Notes under the pieces: generated by a model
What the model was told of the DNA's origin: nothing
What the model saw: only the letters and a program-made list of their open reading frames with translations
Database searches by the model: none
DNA from: the human T2T-CHM13v2.0 reference genome, Homo sapiens
NCBI RefSeq assembly: GCF_009914755.1
Contig: NC_060928.1
Strand: one strand, 5' to 3'
DNA length: 64,000 nucleotides
In this document: positions 1-14,937 of the stretch, one piece after another
How positions within the stretch are numbered: the first letter of the stretch is position 1
How the letters are laid out: every line of letters starts with the position of its first letter
Program-made: the position numbers and the translations under genes

Positions 1-569
1 CTCCTTGATGGAAAAGTTTATTTGTAAAATATCAGAGGAAAATTATAATATAGATTTGTCCATTCAAACCCCAAAGTCCAGATTCTTACTGCAATATTTG
101 ATGTAGCCAATATACAGCAGTTGAGTTCAATTTTGGCCCCTGTTTATGTGTATGCTAAAGAAAAATAACAATCCTAAGCCTATGCCACTTAAACAAGAGG
201 ATGTGATTATACTATGAAACACTTGTGACCATAGGAATATAGCAGTGCTAAGGCAAAATAGGTCTTAACTTGACTTTTCCTGTCATTTGCTGCCATTGTT
301 TGCCAAAGGTCTAGCACCTATCTTCAGAGGAAAGTCAAGAAATTAGTGCTCAGATGGTGGGATGAATTCCTGAATTATTGTTGGCTCTAGTAGTTTCTTC
401 AGATCAATTTTATAGTTTCTTTAGAACTAGAAAATTAGGTCTCAGAATGGCAGTTGGCCACCCAATGTGTATAATACAATTACTCAACCAGCTGCTTGAA
501 AGCAAGGGGCAACAGAGAAGTCAGCTACTGGCTCAGGCAACAGGAAATTTGATGATACTCCTTGGTCAA

Positions 570-1135
570 ATCATTCATTTAACATACATTTATATAGAAC
601 CTTTCTGTATCAGGCACCATTCTAGGTACCACAGATAAAACAATAAAGAGAACTGACAAAACCTCAGCCTTCATGGAGTTTATATGCTAACACATATGCA
701 TAAACAAACACATATAAAAATCCAGAAAGTCGTTACTGCTGTGAAGACAAACAACACAGAGTAAGCAGATACTGATGTTGGGTTGTTGCCTTAAGGTGGT
801 CAGCAAAGTTGTTTCCGGGGAAATGACATTTGGATGAAAAACTGAATAATGTAAGAGAGTTAACCATCAAACATCTGTGTGAAGATCTTTAGGAGGAGTG
901 GGGGAACCGCAAGTGCAAAAGCCCTGTGATGGGAAAGTGCTTGTTATGTTTGAAGAACAGCAGTAAGACACCATGGCTGGAGTGTAGTGGGGGAGGGAGA
1001 GAGAGGTGGTAAATAATAATGGAGACTTAGTTAGGGCCACATCATGTAAATAGAGCTTTTACAGTCTTGTAGACAAGAAATATGTTTTGATTTTTCCCTA
1101 AGTCCACAAAATAGTTTGTGATAGAAAGCCATCGA
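570..1135. mobile_element. Degraded L2-like fragment
   Basis: Motifs such as caggcaccattctaggtac...gccttcatggagttta and aagtgcaaaagccctgtg resemble the L2 3' region. Confidence 0.5.
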
Positions 1136-4069
1136 AAGATTGAAAACAGGGGAGTATTATTTGTAACCTCAGTTGCTGTTCCATGCAGGCATAGGAAAGA
1201 ATAATGCTTCCTTGCTCCATATCTATTGCTGAAACAGTTCTCCATGATCTCTTTAGTCTGAGGACAAATGACATTTTTCTGGTTACAAGACAGAGGGGAT
1301 ATGCCATCCTAGGCATTGAGATTGGGAAATATCAAGCATGCATGTGACTGCCAAGTATTAAACCCCATTTTCTGATGACCACTAGGGTTCTAGGTATCAG
1401 CCCATAAAGTGAGCTTTTTCTGAGAAGAAGGAAAGATGGCAGGTAGAAATGATTGAGCTGGTAAAGAAGACTGAGGCTTATTGTTAAGGTCTGGGGCCTA
1501 AAAATGTCAGGGTTCAAAGTGATCAATTTGGAAAATAAAGAGATTTGGACCCTCCTCTGAAATCAGGGAGTAGTGAATATGTGGAGTCAGAAAGTAACTG
1601 CAAATTCTGGAGAAACTGTGGAAGCAGCATTTTGTAGGAGGGTGGGGGAAACAACACCCTCAACTAGTATTTCTACCTTCTGGTAAATCTATTACTTTAA
1701 CTTTACCTCTGCCAGTCAATAAAACTTTTTCATGTTTTGGTACATTTAAAAAATACTTTTCCTCTTTCTATTACTTAAATTTCACATTAGAGGTTGATGT
1801 GGGCACCCAATGACAGCGTGTAGGGGCACATTTTTCTACTGTGTGGTTAACTCTGCTTGGTATCTGACTTGTTAACAGATCTTCTTGCTGGATACATATC
1901 TCTAGGAACAGAATTAATCTTTTTTCCATTTTAGAGGCCAGAAAACCCATGAAGAAAGGTAATAAGAAATTTGATTCCTGGTTATATTATAAATTATTGA
2001 AGGTAATTCTTCAAGGCAGCCTCTCCCTTCACAAGCCCAGAGGTCTAGGAGGAAAGAATGATTTTGGGAACCAAGCCTGGGGCCCCCCATTACCCTGTAC
2101 AGAGTCAGGACACTGTTCCCCGAATCCTAGCTGCTTTGGCTCCAGCCTCAGCTCAGAGGGCCCCAGATACTGCTTGGGCAACTGCCCTAGAGGGCACAAG
2201 CCATAAGCCTTGTAGGTTTCCACAAGGTGTTAGTTCTGCAGGCAGGCAGAAGGCAAGAGTGGTGGAGCCTTGGCAACTTTCCTCTAGATTGCAGAGGATA
2301 TAGTGGACAGACTGGGTGCCCAGGAAAAAGCCTGCTGCAGGAGTGGAGGCCCTGTAGAAAGTCTCGATAGGGCAGTGCTGAGGTGAAATATGAGATTGAA
2401 GCCCCCCATGGAGAGTCCTCACCGAGGCACTGCCTAGTGGAGCTGTAGGAACAGGCCACTGCCTTCCAGATCCCAGAGTGGAAGAGCCAGCTTATACCTT
2501 CAGCCTTGAAAAGCCACAGGCATTCGACTCCAACCCATGAGGGCAGCCATGTGAGCTGCACCCAGCAGAGTCATAGGGGTCTGACTGTCCAAGACCTTGG
2601 GAGCACACCCCTCGCACCAGTGTGGCCTGGATGTGGGACATGGAGTCATGGGAGATTATTTTGGAGCTTTAAGATTTAATGTCTGCCCTACTGGGTTGCA
2701 GATTTCTGTGGGGCCTGTTGCCCCTTATTTTTGGCCTATTTCTCCATTTTGAAGTGGAAATGTTTATCAGTCTTTATTTCATCATTGTATCTTGGAAGAA
2801 CATAACTTGTTTTCTTTTTTTTTTTGATTTTTCAAGGTAATATTCTCAATATTATTTATTATTTATTGATAGCACATGACTTCAAGAGAGTTAACACATT
2901 TAAGTTTAAAAAATGATTTGCTTGTAAGTAAAAAATAGAATGTAACATACAGAATAGAAATCTATATAGAGAAAATCATATACAGTAAAGATAATTGAAT
3001 TAGTTTAAAAAGGCACATAATGAATAACAAGTACTACTTTTTAAAAGAATGTTTATGCTTTTGGTTAAATATAGTGAATGTATTTTTATTACTTTTCCAG
3101 AATTATGAATAAATAATTATACCCCATCATATTTATCATTTTCTAAAATTATGTTTTATATTCTAAAATAATTTTTATGTCAGGCAATTCTGTCTTTCTA
3201 TACCTTTCTATACAATTCTGTCTTTCTATAAATATTCTTCCAGGCTGTATTTCACTTTGTGCCTTGTGTTTTCACCTAAATGTTGAGGGAAGAAAATTAT
3301 TTTTTGGCAAATAACCATTTTCCTCCAGGTTTTTAATCTAAAGGTGGTTATATGCTAAAGACAATATGATATTAAGAAAGCAGAATGTGTCATGTTCTTA
3401 CTCAAATGCTAAACCTTTTCTTAATGGAAAGAAAATATGTAAACTAAATATGTTGTTTCTGAGACCTGAAGATTATAACTTTTTAAATGTATTTCAGTCT
3501 AAAAGGTTAGGATCCCATGTATAAACATGGCAGTGCATAAGACACAACTGAGAGGCGAACTGCTATACTATACAGAATTGTTAGCATTTCTTGTGGCTCG
3601 TGTATGTTTCAGAAAAAGATCAGTAAGTTACCACACTTTTCTTGCAAAATTGTATATAAATTAACCTGATATCCTTTTATACCAAATCGTGGTTACTAAA
3701 TATTGCTATTCTGTAAAAGTGCCTAAGAATCATTATTTTCAACACTAACACCCCGGAAACAGTAAGAGAAACCTGAAAGTGGTAGGAAAGAATGAAAGGC
3801 CTTATTAGTCATCTAAATTATAAGTTTTCTTTTATGTTGTTAATATGGACATGGTAATTATAACTCAGTATCTTCTTGGGGTCCCTGACTCATTGTTCTT
3901 CACTCACTCTTACTAGGACCTCTGGAAGATATAATTTATCCTATTTAAGTGAGCAGGATTTTCCCCTCTAGACATACTTTATAAGCATTTTCTCATTAGA
4001 AAACCACATGTGCTATAACAGTAGTTTGATTTGCTCTTTACAATATCAACAGATACTACTTGTTTCTGT

Positions 4070-4201
4070 TTGTTTTTTGTTTTTGTAGAGACAGGGTTTC
4101 ATCATGGTGATCAGGCTTGTCTCGAACTCTTGACCTCGTGATCCACCCACCTTGGCCTCCCACAGTGCTGGGATTACAGGTGTGAGCCACCATGCTCAGC
4201 C
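4070..4201 (-). mobile_element. Alu left monomer (FLAM-like or truncated Alu)
   Basis: gtagagacagggtttc...gggattacaggtgtgagccaccatgctcagcc, with no right monomer. Confidence 0.85.
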
Positions 4202-4202
4202 T

Positions 4203-6611
<2,409 letters not shown>

Positions 6612-6687
6612 CATAACTTGTTTTTGATCTTACAGGCTTATAGATGGAAGGAACTTTCCTTGAGTCTCAGATTGGACCTTTTGGACC

Positions 6688-7014
<327 letters not shown>

Positions 7015-7731
7015 TGATGCTTGGAATGAGTTAAAATTTTGGGGGACTATTGGGAAGGGATGATTCTTTTTTGCAGTGTGAGAAGATCATTAGATTTGGG
7101 AGGGAAGGGGTAGAATGATATAGTTTGGGTATTTGTTCCCTCCAAATCTCATGTTTAAATTTGGTCCCCAGTGCTGAAGGCAGGGCTTGGCTGGAGGTGT
7201 CTGGGTTGTGAGGTGGATACCTCAAGAATGGCTTGGTGCATTTCTTACAGAATGAATGAGTTCTTGTTCTGTTTGTTCACAGGAGAGCTTGTTGTTTAAA
7301 AGAGTGTGGCACCTTCATCCCCCTTTTTCCTTTCTTGCCATGTGACACACCAGCTCCCCTTCACCTTCTGCCATGATTGAAAGCTTCCTGAAGCCTCACC
7401 AGAAACAGATGCTGGTGCCATGCTTCCTGTACAGCCTGCAGAATTGTGAGCCAAATAAACTTTTCTTTATAAATTACCCAGCCTCAGGTGTTCCTTTATA
7501 GCAACACAAATGGACTAAGACAGCAGTTTTCAAAGCTTTACACATTTGGCTGTATGTCTTTTTTCTCTTCTACAGCTGTCTAACCTGCTTCTTATTTGCC
7601 CCAAAGGAGGATATAGGGAAACTTTGGGCTCATGTTAATGCTCATAGGTAGATGTCAGCAGTGATACTTCTGGATCAGGTGAGGCTATCCATTTGACTTT
7701 TACACTTGAGCCCATCAGACAGCTTTACTAC

Positions 7732-8280
7732 TGTATTAGTCCATTCTCATGCTACTAATGAAGACATACCTGAGACCGGGTAATTTATGAAGGAAGGGGT
7801 TTAATGGACTCACGGTTCCACATGTCTGGGAAGGCCTGACAATCATGGCGGAAGGCTAATGAGGAGCAAATTCATGTCTTACATGGCAACAGGCAAGAGA
7901 ATTTGTGCAAGGGAACTCCCGTTTATAAAACCACCAGATCTTGTAAGACTTATTCACTACCATGAGAATAGTTGGGGGAAACTGCCCCCATGATTTAATT
8001 ATCTCCACCTGGCCCCATCCTTGACACATGAGGATTATTACAATTCATGGTGAGATGTTGGTAAGGACACAGCCAAACCGTATCATTCCACCCGTGGCCC
8101 CTCCCAAATCTCATGTCCTCACATTTCAAAACCAATCATGCCTTACCAACAATCCCCCAAAGTCTTAACTGACTTCAGCATTAACTCAAAAGTCCACAGT
8201 CCAAAGTAATCGCCCTTGAAACATGGGGATTACTACAATTCAAGGTGAGATTTGAGTGGGAACACAGCCAATCCATATCA
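7732..8280 (-). mobile_element. THE1 MaLR with a large internal deletion
   Basis: Complete LTR 7732-8085, ~120 bp of internal sequence, then ~70 bp of the other LTR end; 5-bp TSD actac at 7727-7731 and 8281-8285. Confidence 0.88.
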
Positions 8281-8521
8281 ACTACCAACATTAAATCACT
8301 TTAAAAAAGGTGCCAAGAAATCTGATACTTTGCTTTACATTTAAAAGAAGAGGATAAGAAGTCTAAAAAGGCTTTAGGAAAAATCTTTCAAATCACCCTC
8401 CATTATTAGGTGGAGTAAGCACTGGGCTAGCTAGCAGTCAGGAGAATAGAGTCATAGTCTCAGCCATATCACAGCCAATGTGATGCTGGGAAAAATAATT
8501 TGCTGAAATGGAACAGGAGCT

Positions 8522-8523
<2 letters not shown>

Positions 8524-8577
<54 letters not shown>

Positions 8578-8856
8578 AGACAGGGTCTCATCCAGGCTGC
8601 CTGGAGTACAATGGCACAATCATAGCTCACTGCAGTCTTGAACTCCCAGGCTCAAGAAATACTCTTGCTTTAGCCTCCCAAGTAGCCAGGACCACAGGTG
8701 TGCACCACCACACTCAGCTAATTTTTAAATTTTTTTTGTAGAGATAGGGTTTTGCTTTATAGCCCTGGCTGTTATTGAACTACTGGCTTCAAACTATCCT
8801 TCTCCCTTGGCCTCCCAAGGTGCTGGGATTACAAGTGTGATTCACAACACTCAGCT
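8524..8856 (-). mobile_element. AluJ-like element with a ~53-nt pure T tract
   Basis: Diverged dimer (atcatagctcactgcagtcttgaactcc, J-type) preceded by a T run at 8524-8576. Confidence 0.9.
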
Positions 8857-9444
8857 AGGATCTCATCATTTTAAAGCACTTTTGCTTGTACATTTCAGTT
8901 GAATCAACTCAAGCCTCAGTTTCCTCAGGTTCCATGATTCTTTGTATAACTCTGTACTTATCAGCTATAAGTATAAGCACATCAACAAATCACAGGTACT
9001 TCAATTCATGCTTTTATGGCAAGATGTGGAAGAAATGTAAAATTAGGAGTCAGGTGATGTGGGCTCAAATCTTAGCTCCACCCCTTGATACCTGAACAAC
9101 TCAGGAGTATTTTTATTTCTATTATGGGATATTAATAAGCACCTCACATTGGACTAAGGACAATTAAATGGGAAAAGGATATGAAGGCATCTTGTAAATT
9201 CCAAGTAAGGAAACTGTTGAAAGTGAATATGATAGTATCTAAAGCTCCATTTGAAATTTCAGATGTGGAGCTGCCTCTTCAATTAGTTGATTTATCTGGC
9301 GTTCATTCACATTTACACTCACATTTAGGATTGCTCTAAGCCTTTAATGGATTATTGTGTCCCCAGTTAATGAGTATGGATTGCTGCTCTGCTCCAGCTG
9401 TCCCCCACCATCCATCCCCATCAGTCCTCCTGTCAGAAGCATAC

Positions 9445-9853
9445 CTGGCCATCAGTGCGAAGGAGCCACTGGAGCACACTCAGTCAGCAGTTTGGGCATG
9501 TCATAATATCTGCTGAATTCACAGGGGTAGGCCTCCAGGTTGAGGTTCTAGTGAAAGCAAAGGGTGCCAGCAGGTCTTAGGGAGGCACTGCACTGTTTGA
9601 GGGTGGGGGGCTCTGCCTGGGCACTGCCAGGTGCTTGGCGTGCTTTGTGGTGAAGCCATCCTTGGTGTGGAGCTTGCTGTCACCAGAAGATTGGAGCACT
9701 GCGTTTGCCCACATGGGAGGAATCTCAAATATACTTAGTGTCTGCCCAAGAGAAGGAAGCTCAGTATACTTAGTGTCTACCATGGCCTGCCATCAGGGCT
9801 GAGAGGGAGCTCAAAATTGTCAAGAGGCCATGTGGACATGACAGGCAGCATTC
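9445..9853 (-). pseudogene. Fossil FREM3 exon (post-Calx-beta C-terminal region), disrupted
   Basis: gttccag|GAATGCTG...GGCCAG|gtatgc. Reads GMLPVMSTWPLDNFELPLSPDG [69-bp insertion] HVG..QCSNLL..LHTKDGF..TLCFH*NLNLEAYPCEFSRYYDMPKLLTEC..TDGQ, versus recalled FREM2 [34 protein letters not shown]...[30 protein letters not shown]...TDGQ. Contains frameshifts and an in-frame TAG. Confidence 0.92.
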
Positions 9854-10018
9854 CTGGAACCCAGGGAGACAGCCTGCATAGGGCAGAGCTTGGGGTTGGG
9901 GTGACTGGGTCCTACTTGTATCTTCAGTTCTTCCAGTGGCCTGAGGCATGGCCCTGAGGTCCCCCTTCTCCTTGCAGAGAATGCATGCCTGTGCCTTTTG
10001 TCTTGTGGTAACACCTAT

Positions 10019-10150
10019 CATTCATGTGCGGTATCATCACAATGATTTTGATTAAATTGAGGTAAACAGCGTCATCAGGCCCCATATATTGAATCTTGGC
10101 TGAGAAAGGCTCAGCTCCCACTGTGTCAGACAGATGAGGCTGACAGAGAC
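10019..10150 (-). pseudogene. Fossil FREM3 exon (post-Calx-beta C-terminal region)
   Basis: gttctcccag|GTCTCTGT; 132 nt, frame open: [44 protein letters not shown] versus recalled FREM2 [44 protein letters not shown]. Donor reads ataggt. Confidence 0.92.
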
Positions 10151-11917
10151 CTGGGAGAACAGATGCTAATGAAAACATAAGGGACTGGCCACTCCAGGAT
10201 AATAAGAATAAAACAAGGAATAGTAATTACAGTTTGCTGAGTGCCTAGTGAACACTAGTGTACATATATCATCATATTGATTCTCAATAATCCTATGAAG
10301 GAGATATTCTCATTTTGCAGGTGAAAAACTGAGTCATTGACACAATTACCTCTGTGAATTATTGACTTCTATATTATAAGGGAAACAGGCTTGGAATAAA
10401 TTGATTAATAATAATCAATTACTGATTTTTGAGATATCAATGTACTTCTCTCAAAAAATTCCTTGTTCAAATGTGGCCTAATTTCTTGTTGCTTCAACAA
10501 GATGAAAACATATGGAACTCTTCCTTCAATGGTTGTGCTTAGGAGACTCTCTGATGGGATTTCTTTTAGTCCTTGGAAGATGTAATTGTGGACGTAAAAA
10601 AATCATAAACACACACACATGCATACAACACATATTTAGTGAAATTATTTCATACTTGTTAACTATTATGTTAAAAAAATACATTTTTACTTACTCAGAA
10701 TGGCCTAAGAAAAGAAAGAAGTGGAAGCTCAAGTATACTTAGTGTCTACCATGGCCAGAGAGCTGGGGAGAACTGAGGCAGGGTCTGGACCCAGTGAAAA
10801 ACATTCATTAGGGCTAAAAATCATTACACAGAGTTTGCACTGATCTGGTCCTAGCTCAGGCTTCCTCCTCACTGGGAGCCCCACCTCACTCAGCTCTGAA
10901 CTGGGCCCTTTAAGCATGCTCTCTCACCAGTGGGGTGTTCTATCTTAGAAAAAGTTGCTGTCGACCTCACTCAGTGACACTAGGAGTGCATTCTGTAGGG
11001 GGGATGTGCCTATACCTTTGCTTTAACATTCTTTGAATAAGTATAAGAGTTGCTTAATTTCAACATTCTTCCTCAGTTAATATATTTCTTGTAGCATTAT
11101 GTCTATTTAAGTTAAGCACTTCTGTTCAAAACAGATACTTTTACAATTCAAGATACCTCTTAATATGCATATTATATATTATGTAATATATTAAAATATA
11201 CATGAGATATATATTGATTCTGACATTGTAAGAGCAATAAAAATTATTATCCGTAAGAAGGCACTTACAGTCTTACAGTACTTGGGGGACATCATTACAT
11301 TTGATTTTTATTATGGCACAATACAATATTGAGGACCAGAGTGACCCGGAAAGAACTGGAGCTTTAGAATGAGACAAATCCAATGTGATAAAATGGTCAT
11401 GGTGCTTAATCCAGGGAAGTATATCCATATGATTTTTATTATATTTTATTACATTTAAAATATTTAAAATGTACAAAATTAATGGGGGTATGGTAGAGAA
11501 GGTAAGCTCTTGTGATGATTCATAACTTCCTATCATATTTTTTTCTTGTGATGCTCCATTGTAGAATCAAAGAACATAGCTTTGTAAAAAGTCCAACATA
11601 TTTGTGCTAGCTCTGAATTAAAATTCATTTGATCTATTGTAGTGTCAAGATATGCCATAATACTGAGAATGGAGGAGTCTGAGGCCCTGGTCCATCAACT
11701 GACAGCATGAACTTCACGTCAAGAAGTGAGATTGGTGAATAAGTGAAGACAGAAGGAAAATTGGAGATACAGCTGGATGTATGAACCCTGCTCTGAAAAC
11801 ACTCTTTAACGGTATAAGGATTCTTATTAACGAATTTTATTTCTTTTTTATCTGATCATTATTTTATTTTGATTTATAGAGGAATATATAGAGGGGGATA
11901 TCTATAGAGACACACAC

Positions 11918-11998
11918 GTTTGTGTGTGTATATATAAATATATATGTATGTGTATGTGTGTGTGTATATATATATGTATGTGTGTGTGTGTGTGTGTA
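11918..11998. repeat. Mixed (TG)n/(TA)n microsatellite
   Basis: Seen directly. Confidence 0.9.
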
Positions 11999-12061
11999 TT
12001 CTCTAGTCATGCTCCAAATTTGGAGTCTTTTTCTATAGTCTTGAAATTACTAGTGCGATAT

Positions 12062-13200
<1,139 letters not shown>

Positions 13201-13209
13201 GTTTTATCT

Positions 13210-13517
13210 CTGTTTTGTTGTGTTTTTGTTTTGTTTTGTTTGAGACAGGGTCTTGCTCTACTGCCCAGGCTGGAGTGCAGTGGCTTACTGCAGCCTCAAA
13301 CTTCTGGGTTCAAGTAATCCTCTCACCTCAGCCTCCCAAGTAGCTGGGACTACAGGCTTGGGCCATCACACCTGACTAATTTTTTGTTTTCTGTAGGGAC
13401 AGGGTCTCACCATGTTGCCCTGGCTTGTCTCAAACTCCTGGGCTCACACAGTCTTCTCGCATTGGCCTCCCAATGTGCCGAGATTACACCAGCAATGTTG
13501 AGCCACCATGCCCAGCC
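13210..13517 (-). mobile_element. AluJ-like element
   Basis: Diverged dimer with a (TTTTG)n tail. Confidence 0.88.
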
Positions 13518-13867
13518 GAGGAATAGTTTTTATTTCATTAGATTTATTAATACTTACATTATTGGTAGATTAGGCTAATGCTGGACTGCCTACAGCTTCT
13601 TTCGAAACATAGGTCTACTAAAGCCTCAGGTTGGAATTCCCATTGCTTTCAGGACATTGTTTATCTGCTGATGCTGCTTCCAAGTATTACCTCTGTCAGA
13701 TGGACTGCGTTATGTCTTCAGGACAGGGCCTTGAATCTCTACAGAAAGATCCCCTCACAGCAGACACTGAGTGTCAACCTCTGTCTGTATTCCCTGAGTG
13801 TGCTTTCTAGTGTTCTTCATTTTAGTTCGTTGCCAATACCAGCAAACTCTCCTGATCTCTCCCTGCC

Positions 13868-14292
13868 TGTGGTACCAGCTTCCTGTGGCTGCTATAACAA
13901 ATTACTATAAACTTGATGGCTTAAAAAAACAGAAATTTACTTTCTCCTAGTTCTGGAGTTTAGAAGTCCAAAATCAGTATTACTGGGACAGAGCCTAGTT
14001 GTTGGCAGGGATGTACTGCCTCCAGCAGGAGAATCTACTTCCTGCCTGCCAGCTTCCAGTGGCTGCTGGCCTTCCATGGCTTGTAGCCCTATTACTCCAA
14101 TCTCTGCCTTTCATAGTCACATTGCATCCTCCTCTTCTGTATGTAACCTGTATCTCACGTCCTCTTATGAGGACTCTTGTGATTACATTTAGGGCCCATT
14201 CAGGATAATCTTCCTATCTCAAGATCCTTAATTACATGTGCAAAGATGCTTTTTCTATATAAGGTAAAATCCGTAGGTTCCAGGGATTAGGA
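13868..14292 (-). mobile_element. MLT1 LTR
   Basis: gctgctataacaaattac...cagaaatttactttctcctagttctggag...ggttccagggattaggac. Confidence 0.8.
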
Positions 14293-14743
14293 CAAGTCAG
14301 TGCTAAATATTCCTGCAGGGACCCTATGAGACTTCATCACAAATTGTAATAACAATAACAGAATGAGGTCATTATAATCTGTTTAATTTCCTCAATTTCA
14401 TAAATAGCAAAAACTTGCTAATGAGCACATATATTTACCGACATAACTTTAAAGTACGTTTACAAAATAAATGACTGATAATCTCATTACCCTAATAGAA
14501 AGTTATTACCATTTCCAGGCATTTTCTTTTAGTCTTTTCCATATGTTTAAGGATTGCAGTAGCCACATGGTCATGGATACTCTAGAATTCATACTATTCT
14601 ATCAAGTAGATATCCTATAATTCAGTTAACCATTTCCTGAGTATTGGGTATTTAGGCTGCTTATAATTATTTATTATTATAAATAAGGTTAGGAGCAGCA
14701 ACATTCTGCTGCCTTAGTGACAAACAAATTTTTGAATGCTTAG

Positions 14744-14937
14744 CTGGCAGAAAGCCAGCTGTGGAGTCATCAGTGTTGGGTTGCTCCCCATAGTTCACTG
14801 TCTCCTGGGCTGAGCCCTGGTGGGTATGGCAGTTCACCAAGGACCTATGGCTGGTGTCTCTGCTCCAGTAAATGATGGCCCTTAGCTGCCTTTTTCATTC
14901 ACCCTGTCAGTGGAGCCCTTAAATTGGGCCCTGGGTA
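14744..14937 (-). pseudogene. Fossil FREM3 exon (first half of a fourth Calx-beta domain)
   Basis: Intact acceptor tattttatttcag|TACCCAGG. Reads LPRAQFKGSTDRVNEK/frameshift/QLRAIIYWSRDTSHRSLVNCHTHQGSAQETVNYGEQPNTDDSTAGFLP, versus recalled FREM2 [66 protein letters not shown]. Length 194 nt is not a multiple of 3, and the donor reads ctaagc. Confidence 0.9.

Noticed and set aside
1332-1526. ORF containing FLLLRKSSLY, faintly like FREM2 YLLSKKSLW
   Set aside because: No extendable similarity or splice sites.
8508-8741. Poly-Phe ORF and other Alu-derived ORFs (e.g. 5184, 12505, 23478, 55819, 57861)
   Set aside because: Translations of Alu sequence and tails.
9719-9787. Short direct repeats with a 36-nt period, superficially CRISPR-like
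   Set aside because: Only two adjacent copies in eukaryotic DNA with no cas genes; better explained as a templated insertion.
10688-10920. Possible relic exon (FFTGSRPC / VDTK, ending at gtaagt) resembling FREM2 YFQPGSRVQC..VNTN
   Set aside because: Only a few scattered residues match in different frames, and no clear acceptor was found.
11715-11800. Minus-strand tttcag followed by ..YIQ..NFPSV..ISLL, reminiscent of FREM2 VYIEE..TFPSVPQIVSLL
   Set aside because: Position is plausible, but the match needs several indels and is too short to distinguish from chance without an alignment.
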